Positions 1 to 10,819 are shown, counted from the stretch's first letter. The stretch: 64,000 nt of DNA from Vulcanimicrobiota bacterium (GCA_963805945.1 CAWDVP010000002.1:352001-416000); one strand, 5' to 3'. Numbers and translations: made by a program. Notes: generated by a model not told the origin, from the sequence alone.

Positions 1-117
1 GTTGCCGAAGACGCTTCGCGAGCGCACGACGATGCCGCGCACCAGCCCGAAGTTCTTCGCGACCTTGTAGCCCGGCAGTTCCAGCGCCGTGGTGACCAGC
101 GAATGATCGAAAGCCAT
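1..117 (-). CDS. YbjQ/UPF0145 family protein, N-terminal part (runs off window)
   Basis: ATG at 117 with AAGGAGGT RBS (121-128); translation MAFDHSLVTTALELPGYKVAKNFGLVRGIVVRSRSVFGN matches the YbjQ N-terminus. Confidence 0.8.
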   Translation of the reverse strand, partial: MAFDHSLVTTALELPGYKVAKNFGLVRGIVVRSRSVFGN

Positions 118-199
118 GGTACCTCCTTGGAGCCCCGCGCGTGGGGGTGGGGCCGCTTCCATGAGGTCTGACCGCTACCTTCTGTAGAAGAGGACGAGC

Positions 200-670
200 A
201 TGCTTGAAGCCGATTCGATAGCGCCTTCGATCCCCGTGCCCGACCAGACCGGGACGCCGCGCAGCATCGACGAGTTCCGCGGCGCATGGCTGGTGCTGTG
301 GTTCTATCCGAAAGACCACACGAGCGGCTGAACGAGCGAGGCGTCGCAGTTCCGCGATGCATACGCGCAGTTCACCGCCGCGGGCGCGCAGCTCGTCGGC
401 GTGAGCCGCGATTCTGTGCAGTCCCACGAGTCGTTCCGCCGCGAGCTGTCGCTGCCGTTCCCGCTGCTCGCCGATACCGAGGAGAAGCTATGCCGCGCGT
501 ACGGCGTACTCGTCGAACGCGTCAATGAGGCGGGCGTGAAGTCCATGGGGCTCCAACGCTCGACGTTCCTCATCGATCCGCATGGCGTCATCCGCATGGT
601 GTGGCCGAAGGTGACGGTGCTTGGACACGTCGCCGAGGTGCTCGCCGCGCTCACGGCGCTGCAGGCATGA
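200..670 (+). CDS. bcp: Peroxiredoxin, BCP/PrxQ type, probable selenoprotein (UGA at codon 44)
   Basis: ATG200 reads MLEADSIAP...WLVLWFYPKDHTSG*TSEASQFRD... in frame with ORF 401-670 (GVSRDS, FPLLAD, RSTFLID); TGA 329-331 occupies the PxxxTxxC peroxidatic Cys position. Confidence 0.88.
341..360 (+). promoter_or_regulatory. Putative bacterial SECIS element
   Basis: GCGTCGC-AGTTCC-GCGATGC 7-bp stem (one G-U), apical loop starts 16 nt after UGA, with GU at loop positions 2-3. Confidence 0.7.
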
Positions 671-1235
671 CCGACGCGCCGCGGATGACGTAGCGCAGCT
701 CGCCGTCTCGCATCGTCGCCTCGAGGATGCCTGTGACGCGGACGGAAGCACCGGCGCGCGCGGCCGTCGCGCGCGTTTGCTCGACATCGAAGCCCACCGA
801 CACCGCGTCAGCGGCGCAACACGTCATGACCCGCCGCGACACCGTCGCGGGGCGCTGCCCCTCGCGCGGCGTCCACGCGCCCGTGACCGTGACGGCGCGC
901 TCGAGCATGGCCGTCGGATCTCTGTCGAGCGCATCGAGCAGCGCGAATAGATCGCCCGCGTGCGAGCCGCCCGGCGAGCGCGTGATCACAGGCGCGGGCA
1001 GCGGCGCCTTTGGGAGGATGAGGGCAAGTGCAAGTCCGGCCGCCACCGCGGGAAGCGACATAGTGCCGGAGCGCAGCTCGGGTCGTGGGCTTCCGATCGC
1101 CGAGACGACAAGGCACACGAAGCCGAAAATGGCAACCACGACGCGCGGCATCGCGACGAGCGATCCCGTCGCGTCGATCGCGGCGGCGCCGAGCGCCATA
1201 CCGCCGATGAACGGTGCGACGAAGCGGATGCTCAT
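651..1235 (-). CDS. DUF1980/TIGR03943 (YcgQ-like) membrane protein
   Basis: N-terminal TM helices then VSRRVMTCCAADA motif; ATG1235 overlaps stop of upstream permease (ATGA). Confidence 0.7.
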   Translation of the reverse strand: MSIRFVAPFIGGMALGAAAIDATGSLVAMPRVVVAIFGFVCLVVSAIGSPRPELRSGTMSLPAVAAGLALALILPKAPLPAPVITRSPGGSHAGDLFALLDALDRDPTAMLERAVTVTGAWTPREGQRPATVSRRVMTCCAADAVSVGFDVEQTRATAARAGASVRVTGILEATMRDGELRYVIRGASVMPAAP

Positions 1236-2077
1236 CGCGCGGCGAGCGCGGCCACCGCACAGCCCACGGCGCCGGCGCACGCGCCGAACCACGCGCGCTT
1301 AGCGCCGAAGTGTCTGCGCAGCAGCGACAACTGGCGCACATCCAAGCACTGGCCGGCGATCACGAACGCCGCCTGCGCCGACGCAGAGCCGGTGACGATC
1401 CTCGCGAGGATCGCGTCGGCGGTGGAGCACGGGGAGAGGATGGCGCCGGCGGCGGCGGCGAGCAGCGGTTGGTGCACGCGCACGGCGTGTCCGAAGCACG
1501 TCGCGAAGATCGCACTCGCGATGGCTGCGGGGACGAGCGCCCGCAACCCGGTCTCGAGATGCGACGCGATCTCGCACAGAGCGGCGCCGATCTTCGGTCG
1601 AATGGATTCGATCGCTCCATCCTGCGGGTCGCCACGCCACAAGAGCGCGATCGTGCACGCGGCGACGGCCGCGCCCGCCATGCGGGCGGCGAAGACGTGC
1701 GGACCGAGCACGAGCCAGGTGGCGGCCAGCGCGATCGGATTGCACGCGGCGCCCCACGTCAGCGCGACGCCCGCCAGCCAGCGCGGACAGCGCGCGAGCG
1801 CGGCCGCAAAGCTGTTCATGCTGCAATCGCAGCCGGGCGCGCACATCGCGACGGCGGCCGGTAGCCAGCGCTGCGCGCTGCGGATCCGCTCGAGACTGCA
1901 CCAGGCGGCGACCGCGCCGCAGGCGACGAACGGCCCAGCCTCGAGCATGATAGAAGATGCATAGACGAACGCGCGCCGCGCGTCCGGCAGCCAACGCGCC
2001 GCCTCGAGCTGGTGCGGCGTGAAGAACACGGCCGCGAGGAGCGCGCTTCCCGCGATGAAGAAGGCTGCGCGTCTCAC
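1232..2077 (-). CDS. DUF318/YcgR-like permease
   Basis: Hydrophobic; SIMLEAGPF, APGCDCS, ACNPIAL, LSPCSTADA motifs; start uncertain (GTG2077 chosen). Confidence 0.7.
   Translation of the reverse strand: MRRAAFFIAGSALLAAVFFTPHQLEAARWLPDARRAFVYASSIMLEAGPFVACGAVAAWCSLERIRSAQRWLPAAVAMCAPGCDCSMNSFAAALARCPRWLAGVALTWGAACNPIALAATWLVLGPHVFAARMAGAAVAACTIALLWRGDPQDGAIESIRPKIGAALCEIASHLETGLRALVPAAIASAIFATCFGHAVRVHQPLLAAAAGAILSPCSTADAILARIVTGSASAQAAFVIAGQCLDVRQLSLLRRHFGAKRAWFGACAGAVGCAVAALAAR
1595..1620 (-). repeat. REP-like palindrome copy inside permease CDS
   Basis: Minus strand ATGGAGCGATCGAATCCATTCGACCG, similar to intergenic copies at 16435 and 17894. Confidence 0.55.
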
Positions 2078-2150
2078 ATGAATGCCACGGTTCCATGCCC
2101 TGCGACGCAAAAGGAGGGTTGCCGGGGGCCGTTCACCTATCGAACCCGGT

Positions 2151-3422
2151 GTGAAGCATGCCGCCGCGCCTCGCGGCACTTTTGACGTACTTCCCTCCGA
2201 ATCGCGCCGTTGGCAAGCCCTTGAACGCCGCATCGACGAGCTGTGCTCCCGTTTCGGCTACGCGGAGATCCGCACGCCTATGTTCGAGAGCACCGACGTG
2301 TTCGTGCGGCCGCTGGGCGAGACGAGCGACGTCGTCGATAAGGAGATGTACACGTTCGAGGATCGCGGCGGCCGCAGCATCACGCTGCGTCCGGAATTCA
2401 CCGCGCCGGTCGTGCGCGCAGCGATCGAGCACAACCTGCTGCAGACGCTGCCGCTCAAGCTGTACTATCGCGGTCCGGTCTTCCGTTACGAGCGGCCGCA
2501 GAAGGGCCGCTATCGGCAATCGCATCAATGGGGCGTCGAGTGCTTCGGCGTCGCCGAGCCCGAAGCGGACGCCGAGATCATCGCGATCGGCGTGGCGATA
2601 CTGGACGCCGTCGGCGTGCGCGACCACGAACTGCTGATCAACTCGATGGGCTGCGAGACATGCCGCACCGAGTATCGCGACGCGCTCGTCGCGTATCTTC
2701 ATGCGCGCAAGGACGACCTCAGCGAGGTGAGCCGCGAACGGCTCGAGCGGAATCCGTTGCGCATCCTCGATTCGAAGGACGAGGCGGATCGCCGGGTGCT
2801 CGAAAGCGCGCCCACGATCGACGCGTTCTGGTGCGACGCATGCCGCGCGCATCTCGCAGGCGTACGCGAACTGCTCGACGCGATGGGCATCACGAGCCGG
2901 CTCGATCCGAAGATCGTGCGCGGCTTCGATTACTACACGCGCACCGTCTTCGAATTCACCTCGACCGCCTTGGGTTCGCAAAACGCCATCTGCGGCGGCG
3001 GCCGCTACGACGGCCTGGTGCGATCGATGGGCGGGCCCGCGACGCCCGGCGTCGGTCTCGCGATGGGGATGGAACGCCTGCTCATGCTGGTGGCGACGGC
3101 CGGCAGCAGCGCGCTCGACGACACGCCGCCGCTGGACGTCGCCTTCGTGGCGATCGAGGCGCAAGACGTGCGCGCAATCGTGCCCGTCATGCACGCGCTG
3201 CGCACGCGCGGCATCGCCGCAGACATGGACTACACGCGCCGCAAGCTCGAAAAGCAGATCCGCGCTGCGGGCGAGCGGGGCGCCCGGTTCGCCGTGATCG
3301 TCGGGGGCGATGAGCGCGCGGCCGGCGAAGCGACCATTCAGGACCTCAACACGCGCGAGCGCGAACGCGTCGCGCTTGCAGACGTCGCCGAGGCGGTCGC
3401 CCGCCGCGTGCGCACCTCATAG
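2151..3422 (+). CDS. hisS: Histidyl-tRNA synthetase
   Basis: PRGTFD, LRPEFTA, FRYERPQKGRYRQ, VRGFDYYTRTVFE, GGGRYDGL; GTG2151 start inferred. Confidence 0.97.
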   Translation: MKHAAAPRGTFDVLPSESRRWQALERRIDELCSRFGYAEIRTPMFESTDVFVRPLGETSDVVDKEMYTFEDRGGRSITLRPEFTAPVVRAAIEHNLLQTLPLKLYYRGPVFRYERPQKGRYRQSHQWGVECFGVAEPEADAEIIAIGVAILDAVGVRDHELLINSMGCETCRTEYRDALVAYLHARKDDLSEVSRERLERNPLRILDSKDEADRRVLESAPTIDAFWCDACRAHLAGVRELLDAMGITSRLDPKIVRGFDYYTRTVFEFTSTALGSQNAICGGGRYDGLVRSMGGPATPGVGLAMGMERLLMLVATAGSSALDDTPPLDVAFVAIEAQDVRAIVPVMHALRTRGIAADMDYTRRKLEKQIRAAGERGARFAVIVGGDERAAGEATIQDLNTRERERVALADVAEAVARRVRTS

Positions 3423-3433
3423 ACGGAGCGCGA

Positions 3434-3901
3434 ATGGATCTGGACAAGAAGATCCTCGACCAACTCGTCGAGCTGATGCAGCGCGACGGGCTCGACCGCC
3501 TGCGCGTGCGCGTCGGCGACCTCGATCTCGACCTGCGCATGTCCGCGTCGGGTCGCGACGTCACGGCGACGGCGCACGCCGCCGCGCCGAGCGCGGGCGC
3601 TTCCGGCGGCGTCGCCGGCGCGAGCCACGAGCAAGCCGTCAAGAGCGAGCAGGCCCCGCCGAACGTCAAAAAAGTCCTCGCACCGCTCGTCGGCGTCTTC
3701 TATCGCGCGCCGGCGCCGAACGCCGCGCCGTTCGTCGAGCTCGGCGCCACGGTGAGCGAAGGGCAGGTTTTGTGCATCCTGGAAGCGATGAAATTGATGA
3801 ATGAGATCGTGAGCGAAGTGGACGGCAAGATCGTCAAGGTCTGCGCCAAAGACGCCGAGCTGACCGCGCTCCATCAGGAGCTGTTTTGGATCGAGACGTG
3901 A
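3434..3901 (+). CDS. accB: Acetyl-CoA carboxylase biotin carboxyl carrier protein
   Basis: APLVGVFYRAP and EAMKLMNEI biotinylation motif. Confidence 0.93.
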   Translation: MDLDKKILDQLVELMQRDGLDRLRVRVGDLDLDLRMSASGRDVTATAHAAAPSAGASGGVAGASHEQAVKSEQAPPNVKKVLAPLVGVFYRAPAPNAAPFVELGATVSEGQVLCILEAMKLMNEIVSEVDGKIVKVCAKDAELTALHQELFWIET

Positions 3902-4482
3902 CGGCCGCGCCGGCGCGCGTCAAACGCTTCGCCGACTGCATGGCCGAGCGCGCAGACCTGTGGCAAGGCGCGGACTATGCCGCCGCAGTGGAGCGCGCCG
4001 TGGACGCGATCGTCACCTGCCTGCGCGCCGACGGCAGGGTGTTCTTCTTCGGCAACGGGGGCAGCGCCGCGCAGGCGCAGCACCTCGCCGCCGAGCTGAC
4101 GGGCCGCTTCGCGCTCGAACGCCCCGCGTATGCGGGCATCGCGCTCACGACGGACACGTCGGCGCTCACCGCCATCGCCAACGATTACGGGTACGAGCGC
4201 GTCTTCGCGCGCCAGCTCGAGGGCCTCGCGCGCCGCGGTGACGTCGCCGTCGGCATCTCCACGTCGGGCGGTTCGGCCAACGTCGTCGAGGGGCTCAAAG
4301 CCGCGCGCGCGCGGGGCTGCACGACCGTCGCGCTGTCCGGCAACGGCGGCGGCGCGGTCGTCGCGCTGGCGGATATCGCGATCGTCGGCCCGCGCGGACC
4401 GTCGTGGAAAGTGCAAGAAGTGCACTTCGCGCTCGGCCACATCATCTGCGAGCTGGCGGAGCTCGAGCTCGCCCGGTCATGA
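3898..4482 (+). CDS. gmhA: Sedoheptulose-7-phosphate isomerase
   Basis: FGNGGSAAQAQH, ANDYGY, GISTSG, VQEVH SIS-domain motifs. Confidence 0.93.
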   Translation: MTAAPARVKRFADCMAERADLWQGADYAAAVERAVDAIVTCLRADGRVFFFGNGGSAAQAQHLAAELTGRFALERPAYAGIALTTDTSALTAIANDYGYERVFARQLEGLARRGDVAVGISTSGGSANVVEGLKAARARGCTTVALSGNGGGAVVALADIAIVGPRGPSWKVQEVHFALGHIICELAELELARS

Positions 4483-5087
4483 CGTCCGCGGACGGCGGCG
4501 CGGGGACGAGCCGCATGCGCCGCAGCGCCGCATTCGTGGATCGCGACGGCACGCTCAACGTCGACACCGGCTATCTCAAGACGCCCGATGAGGTCGTGCT
4601 GATCCCCGGCGCCGCCGCGGGCGTCCGCGCGCTCGCGCACGCGGGCTTCGCGGTCGTGGTGGTGTCGAATCAATCCGGCATCGGGCGCGGCTACCTCACG
4701 GAGGCCGACGCCGATCGGGTCGACGCGCGCGTGCGCGAACTGCTCGCGCGCGAAGGCGCGCCGCTCACCGCCATGTACCGCTGCCCTCATCTGCCGGACG
4801 CCGGTTGTGACTGCCGCAAACCGAAGCCGGGCATGCTGACGCGCGCGGCGGCCGAACTCGGTCTCGACCTGCGCGCGTCGTGGATGATCGGCGACAAGGC
4901 GGCTGACATGGCCGCGGGCCGTGCCGCCGGCTGCCGCTGCGTGAGCGTGCCCGGCGCGCCGGCGCATCAGCCGCCGGAAGATCTTTCGGCCGCCCCGCCG
5001 GAGTATCGCGCGGCCGATCTGGCGGACGCCGCGCGCTTCGTCATCGCGCATGCAGGCGCGGTGCGGCCGGCGGAGAGCGCGCGATGA
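4479..5087 (+). CDS. gmhB: D,D-heptose 1,7-bisphosphate phosphatase
   Basis: [30 protein letters not shown]. Confidence 0.93.
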   Translation: MTSADGGAGTSRMRRSAAFVDRDGTLNVDTGYLKTPDEVVLIPGAAAGVRALAHAGFAVVVVSNQSGIGRGYLTEADADRVDARVRELLAREGAPLTAMYRCPHLPDAGCDCRKPKPGMLTRAAAELGLDLRASWMIGDKAADMAAGRAAGCRCVSVPGAPAHQPPEDLSAAPPEYRAADLADAARFVIAHAGAVRPAESAR

Positions 5088-6168
5088 GCCGCGCGCAACC
5101 GGCGTGGGTCGCAGACCTGTTGCGCGCCATGCGCGGCAAACGCATCGTGGTGGCCGGCGATATCATGCTCGACGAATGGCTGTGGGGCAGCGTGCGCCGC
5201 ATCTCGCCCGAGGCGCCGGTGCCCGTCGTCGAGGTCAGCTCGCAATCGTTCACCCTGGGCGGCGCCGCGAACGTCGCCAACAACCTCGCGGCGCTCGGCG
5301 CGAAGGTCCGCTTGATCGGCGTCGTGGGCGACTGACGAAGCGGGCGCCCGCACGCTCGAGCTGTGCCGCCTGCTCGACATCGACACGTCGGGCGTGGCGG
5401 TCGCCGCCGCGCGGCCCACGACACAAAAGACGCGCATCGTGGCGCATAACCAGCAGGTCGTGCGCGCCGACCGAGAGGTGACCGGAGAGCTCGACGCGCG
5501 GACGAAAGCGCGGCTCGTGAAGAGCCTGCGCGCGCTGGACGGCGCGATCGACGGCGCGATCGTCTCCGACTACAGCAAGGGGTTGGTGCGCGCGCCGATC
5601 GTCCAGGCGCTCACCGGCCACGCGCGGCGATGCGTCATCACCGGCGATCCGAAGCCCGACAACATCGCGGCCTTCGCGGGCGTGGATTGCATCGCGCCGA
5701 ACGCCGCGGAGGCGGCGAGCGCGGCGGGCATGCCGCTGCTGACGCGACGCGGATCTGTCGCGCGTCGCGAGCCGGCTGCGCGCGCTCGCGCATTGCCGCT
5801 CCGTGCTCATCACGCGCGGTGAATACGGCATGACGCTGTTCTCCGACGAGGTGCGCCGTTCACCGTGCCGGCAGTCGCGCGCCAGGTCTATGACGTCAGC
5901 GGCGCCGGCGACACGGTCATCTCCGCGCTGACGCTCGCGCTCGCAGCCGGAGCGCCGATCCGCCATGCGGTCACTCTGGCGTCGCTGGCGGCGGGCGTAG
6001 TGGTGGAGAAGCTCGGCACGGCGACCGCGACGCCGCGCGAGATCTTGCATTTCGCGGAGCGCGAAGGGGTCGCGCATCCGACCCGTTTCGTCGCCGCGCG
6101 CGCGGCGAGCCGCGCCGCGCCGCACGCGAGCCAAGAAAACTGGGAAAGCCCGTGCGCGCCGCCGCTAA
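5084..6168 (+). CDS. hldA: D-beta-D-heptose 7-phosphate kinase (HldE kinase domain, HldA/RfaE1); several frameshifts, end approximate
   Basis: Fragments [57 protein letters not shown] in different frames. Confidence 0.85.
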
Positions 6169-6641
6169 GATGCTGCCGCGCGAGGAGATCGCGCGCCGCC
6201 TGCCCGCGTTGCGCGAGGTGCGCGGTCCGGTCGTCTTCACCAACGGCGTGTTCGATCTGCTGCACGTCGGCCACGTGCGCTATCTCGAGTTCGCGCGCAG
6301 CCTCGGCGGCGTGCTCGTGGTCGGCGTCAACTCCGACAGCTCGGTGCGCGCGCTCGGACAAAGCGCCCGGCCGGCCGGTGGTGCCGGAGACCGAGCGCGC
6401 GGAGCTCGTAGCGGCGCTCGAAAGCGTCGACTACGTGTGCATCTTCTATGAGACGCGGCCGGACGACACGCTGCGCATCATCAGACCCGACATCCACGTG
6501 AAGAGCTCGAGCTACGCGATCGCCGATCTGCCCGAAGCGCAGACCGTCGCCGAGATCGGCGCCAGCATCGTGCTCGCGCCGCACATCGAAGGACGTTCGA
6601 CCACAGACCTCATCCGCCGCATCGCGGAGAGCCGCGAGTGA
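6152..6641 (+). CDS. hldC: D-beta-D-heptose 1-phosphate adenylyltransferase (HldC/RfaE2); frameshift near 6360
   Basis: [21 protein letters not shown], then [15 protein letters not shown]. Confidence 0.88.
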
Positions 6642-7904
6642 GCCCACGCCTCGTCGTCACCGTCAACGGTCCGGGCGAGTTGATGGGGTGGGCGCGGCCC
6701 TTCGTGCGCGCCGTCTACGCGCTCGATCCGGGCGCGCGCGTGTCGATCGTCTTCGTGCCGTGTCCGTATGCGACCGGGCGCGAGGCGGCTGAGGCGCAGC
6801 GGCTGTTCCCGCAGGCGACCGTCGTCGCGCCCAAAGGCTACAGCCGCTTCTTGATGGGCAGAAGCGTCGCCGGTCTCGAGCGCGGCCCAGGCGCTCTGCA
6901 ATACCTCGGCGGCGACCTCTATCATGCGAACACCATCGCCAAACGCGTCGGGCTGCGCGCGATGACCTACAAGTTCTCGCGCCGCCCCTACGCGCAGACG
7001 TTCGAGCGCTTTTTCGCCATCGATGCGGCTAATGCCGAGCAACTGCGCGCGACCGGTGCTCCCGCCGAGAAGGTCCGCGTCGTGGGCAACCTCGTCGCCG
7101 ACGCAGTGTTCGGCTCGCTCGACGGCCCGGCTGCGCCGCCCGGCAAGGGCGACACGCTGTGCGTCTTCCCCGGCAGCCGGCCAGCCGAGCTGCGCGCGCT
7201 GCTGCCGTTCCTGCTCGATGCGGCTCGCGCGTGGTGCGGGCGCGTCCGGGACTGGCCGCGAGCGTCGCGATCTCGCCGTTCAACTCCGATGCCGAGGTCG
7301 AGGAGAGCGCTGCGCGCGCCGGATCCGGCGTTCGGCGGCGTGTCGCGGCGAGCTCGCCGAGAACGGCGCGGCCATCATGGCGGCAGGCACGCGCTTCTCG
7401 CTCGATCGCTCGGGCTCGTATAGGGCGCTCGCCCATGCCGCGCTCGTCATCGCCACGCCGGGCACCAAGTGCATCGAGGCGGCGGTGCTCGGCCGGCCGC
7501 TGCTCGTCATCTTGCCGATGAACAGGCTCGACGAGGTCGTGATGCCGGGCCTCGCCGGCTATCTCCATCATATCCCCATAGTGGGCGGGCGGCTCAAGAC
7601 ATGGGTGGCGCGCAAGATCGAACCGCGTTTCAAGTACGTGTCGCAGCCGAACATCGATGCCGATGCGATGCTCGTGCCGGAGCTGCGCGGCGTGCTGCGC
7701 GTCGAAGACATCGCGGCGCGCGCCGAGGCGATGCTCGCGGATCCGGCCGCGCTTGCGCGCATGGGTGCGGCGCTGGCCAAGCTCTACGCGGCGGACGCCG
7801 GCGCGGCGTCGCGCATGGCGTCTGACGCGCTCGGGGTCGCCGCAGGCGCGGGTGAGGTCGAGGCGCCGATAAGCTCGACCGCCGGCGCGGCCTCTTCACG
7901 GTGA
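6638..7904 (+). CDS. LpxB-like (lipid-A-disaccharide synthase related) GT-B glycosyltransferase; frameshifts about 7230-7350
   Basis: NGPGELMGW N-terminus, VVGNLVAD, FPGSR, TPGTKCIEAAVLGRP, SQPNI resemble the LpxB family. Confidence 0.65.
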
Positions 7905-8776
7905 GCGAAGCCACCGTCGTGATCGCGACGCGCGATCGCGCCGCGTTCCTGCGCGCGTGCCTCGCGCGGCTCGCGCTGCAGACCGCGGCAGGCCGCTTCG
8001 ACGTGGTCGTCGTCGACAACGGTTCGAGCGATGACACCGCCGCGGTCATCGCGTCAGCCGCGCCGCTCGTGCGCGGGGTCTTCGTCGCCGAGCCCAATCG
8101 CGGCAAGGCGCGCAACGCTGGCATCGCCGCCTCCGGCGGCCGCATCATCGTGTTCTGCGACGACGATACGCTGCCGCCGGAGGGTTTCGTCGCGGCGCAC
8201 CTCGCCGCGCATGGCGGCGCGACCGATCGTGTCGTGTCGGGGCCGATCGTCAACGTGCCCGGCGCCGGCGCGCTGGCGCCGGTGACGGCGGGGCACTACT
8301 CGAACGCGTTCTTCTGCACGTGCAACGCCAGCGCGCCGAAGGCGGCGCTCGACGCGGTCGGCGGCTTCGACGAGGCTTTCGACCTGTACGGATGGGAGGA
8401 CACCGATCTCGGCGTGCGTTGCGGGGGCACGGCATGCACCGCGTCTTCGCGTGGGATGCCTTCATCTATCACGTCAAACCGCCGGAGGCGATAACGCTGC
8501 AGCGGCGCATCGCGCTCGCGCGGGAGAAGGGCGAGATGGCGGCGCGCTTCGTGCGCAAATCGCCGACCTGGCCGGTGCGTCTCGCGACGGGCGCCTATGC
8601 GGTCAACTTCGTGCGCGCGTCGCTGTCGGGCGCGCCGCCTTTACGGCGTCTGTATCAACGCCTGGCCGCGGATGAAGCGCGCGACCTCGTTGCTGCCGAG
8701 GTTGGCGCGTGTCGCGCTCGTCGACGCGATATACATCGACGCGCTCCGCGCCGCGCTGCACGCCGCGCGTGCCTGA
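7901..8776 (+). CDS. GT2 glycosyltransferase; frameshifts
   Basis: VVIATRDR, VDNGSSD, ARNAG, FCDDD, YGWEDTDLG. Confidence 0.85.
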
Positions 8777-9776
8777 CGCGCCCCGTTTCCTGCTCGTCCG
8801 GCTCGACGGCATGGGCGATGCGCTCGCCTGCGTCCCCGCGCTTGAAGGGCTGCGCCGCGCGCATCCGGGCGCGCGCTTCGGCGCGATATGCTCGCCGGCG
8901 AACGCGGCGGTGTTCTCGGCCCGCATGGACACGGTGCACGTCCTCGCCGGCGACGACCGCGCGCCGCTGACGGCCGAGGTGCGCGCGCAGGCGTACACGC
9001 ACGCGCTCGTCGCGACCGAGGAGGTCGTCGGATACGAGCTCGCGCGAGCCTCGGGTGCCGCGCGGCGGTCCGGCTTCTGGCACCGCCTCGAGAAGCCGTT
9101 CAAATCGTTGTGGCAGTATGCGCAGCTCACCGACCGCGTCTACCGTCCGGCGGCGTGGACGGCGCGGCCCGAGCATGAGGTCGAAACATTGTATCGTCTC
9201 GCGTTGCCGTTCGGCGCCGCGTCTCCGCCGTCCGACGACGCCGCCGCGCTGCGGCAATGGCTTGCCGTCGCGGGAGCCGCCGCCGGCGCGCGCGCCGCGC
9301 TGGGTTTTCAGATAACCGCGAAGCTGGCGCTGGAAGGCTGGAGTGACTGCGGCGCTGGCCGAACTGTGCGCGGCCGCGCTCGATGCGTCCGGCCTGCCCG
9401 CGCTGGTGCTCGTGGCCGCTCCCGACGACGGGGGCCTCGCAAGGGCGCTGCTGGAACACTTGCCGGCGGCCGCACGGATGCGCGCGACGATCGCGCCGCC
9501 GGGCGACATGCCGCACTGGTTCGGCATCATCGATTCGCTGGCGGTGCTCGTCACGCCTGACACAGGTGCGGCGCACGCGGCCGGTACGCTTGGGGTTCCC
9601 GTGATCGATCTCTTCGTGCAGACGCGCTTCTCGCAGCTCTCGCGCCAGTGGCGGCCGTGGGCCGCGCCGCACCGCTGCATCGTCAAGCCGCCGCGGGCCA
9701 GACGACGCCCGCCGCGTTGGGCGCCGAGATCGGCGCCGGCGCCGCAGCGCTGCGCGCGCAGGATCGCCGCGCATGA
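8769..9776 (+). CDS. GT9 (heptosyltransferase-like) glycosyltransferase; frameshifts
   Basis: LVRLDGMGDAL N-terminus; VTPDTGAAHAAGTLGVP in another frame. Confidence 0.8.
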
Positions 9777-10819
9777 AGACCATGGGTGCGCCGCGCGTGC
9801 TCGCCATCTGCATCGGCGGCGGCGTGGGCGACCTGCTTGCTGCGACGCCTGCGATCGAAGCGCTGCGCCGCCATCTCGGGGCTCAGGTGGACCTCATGAC
9901 GTCGCCGTACGCGGCGCCGCTGCTCGCGGGGCATCCCGCCATTGCGGCCATCATCGCCGACGACGGCGTGACGCCGATCGACGAGATGGCTGGCATGCTC
10001 GCGCGCGCGGCCTATACCCACGCAGTCATGTTCTGGTCGACAGCGCGCGTCGCCGCGATCGCCGCGCGCGCCGGCATCCCCATCCGCGTCGGCCAAGCGC
10101 GCCGCTTGTACTCGTGGCGCTATACGATCCGCGTGCCGGTGCGCACGGAGACGGGCGATCGGACAAGCCAGTGGAGCGACGTGCAGATGGATTACGCGCG
10201 CGCGCTCGGCGCGCAGCCGGTGCCCCAGGACTATCGCATCGTCGTGCCTTTTGACGCCGGCGATCGCGCGGCCGCCGACGCGATCATTGCGCGCGTCGCG
10301 CCGGCTGGGCGCTTCGTCGTGCTGCACGCCGCGCGCGGCATGCGCCTCGATGGCAAACAGTGGCCGGTCGAGGCGTTCGCCGCCATCGGCGACGCGCTCG
10401 GCGCGGCGTTTGGCACACCGGTCCTGCTCACCGGCGCGGCGGACGAGGCCCGCGTCATAGGCCGCATCGGCGGCGCGATGCGCGCCGCGCACGCGTCGAT
10501 CGCGGGCGAGACGAGCCTGCGCGGGCTCGCCGCGCTGCTCGCCCGCGCGGAGGTGGTCGTCGCGCTCGACTCGGGGCCGATGCACATCGCCGCCGCGGTC
10601 GGCGCACCGACGGTCGGCATCTTCGCGCTGCGCACCGATCTGCCGCAGCGCTGGCGGCCGCTCGGCGAGCGGGTCGCCGTCGTCGGCAATTCATATCCGT
10701 GTCCGCGCGGCTGCCGCAAGGAGACGTGCCGCACCTTCGACTGCTACCGCGCGCTCGACCCGCGCGAGATCGTCGAGGCCGCGCGCAGCGTCAGCGTCGC
10801 CGCGGTGCGGGCGCTGTAG
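9773..10819 (+). CDS. GT9 LPS heptosyltransferase-like
   Basis: GGVGDLL, KQWP, LDSGPMHIAAAVGAPTVGIF, C-terminal Cys cluster. Confidence 0.9.
   Translation: MKTMGAPRVLAICIGGGVGDLLAATPAIEALRRHLGAQVDLMTSPYAAPLLAGHPAIAAIIADDGVTPIDEMAGMLARAAYTHAVMFWSTARVAAIAARAGIPIRVGQARRLYSWRYTIRVPVRTETGDRTSQWSDVQMDYARALGAQPVPQDYRIVVPFDAGDRAAADAIIARVAPAGRFVVLHAARGMRLDGKQWPVEAFAAIGDALGAAFGTPVLLTGAADEARVIGRIGGAMRAAHASIAGETSLRGLAALLARAEVVVALDSGPMHIAAAVGAPTVGIFALRTDLPQRWRPLGERVAVVGNSYPCPRGCRKETCRTFDCYRALDPREIVEAARSVSVAAVRAL

Noticed and set aside
5333..5335. TGA in hldA as a second Sec codon
   Set aside because: Homologous sequence resumes in another frame (GD-DEAG), so it is a 1-nt insertion, and the position is not a Cys site
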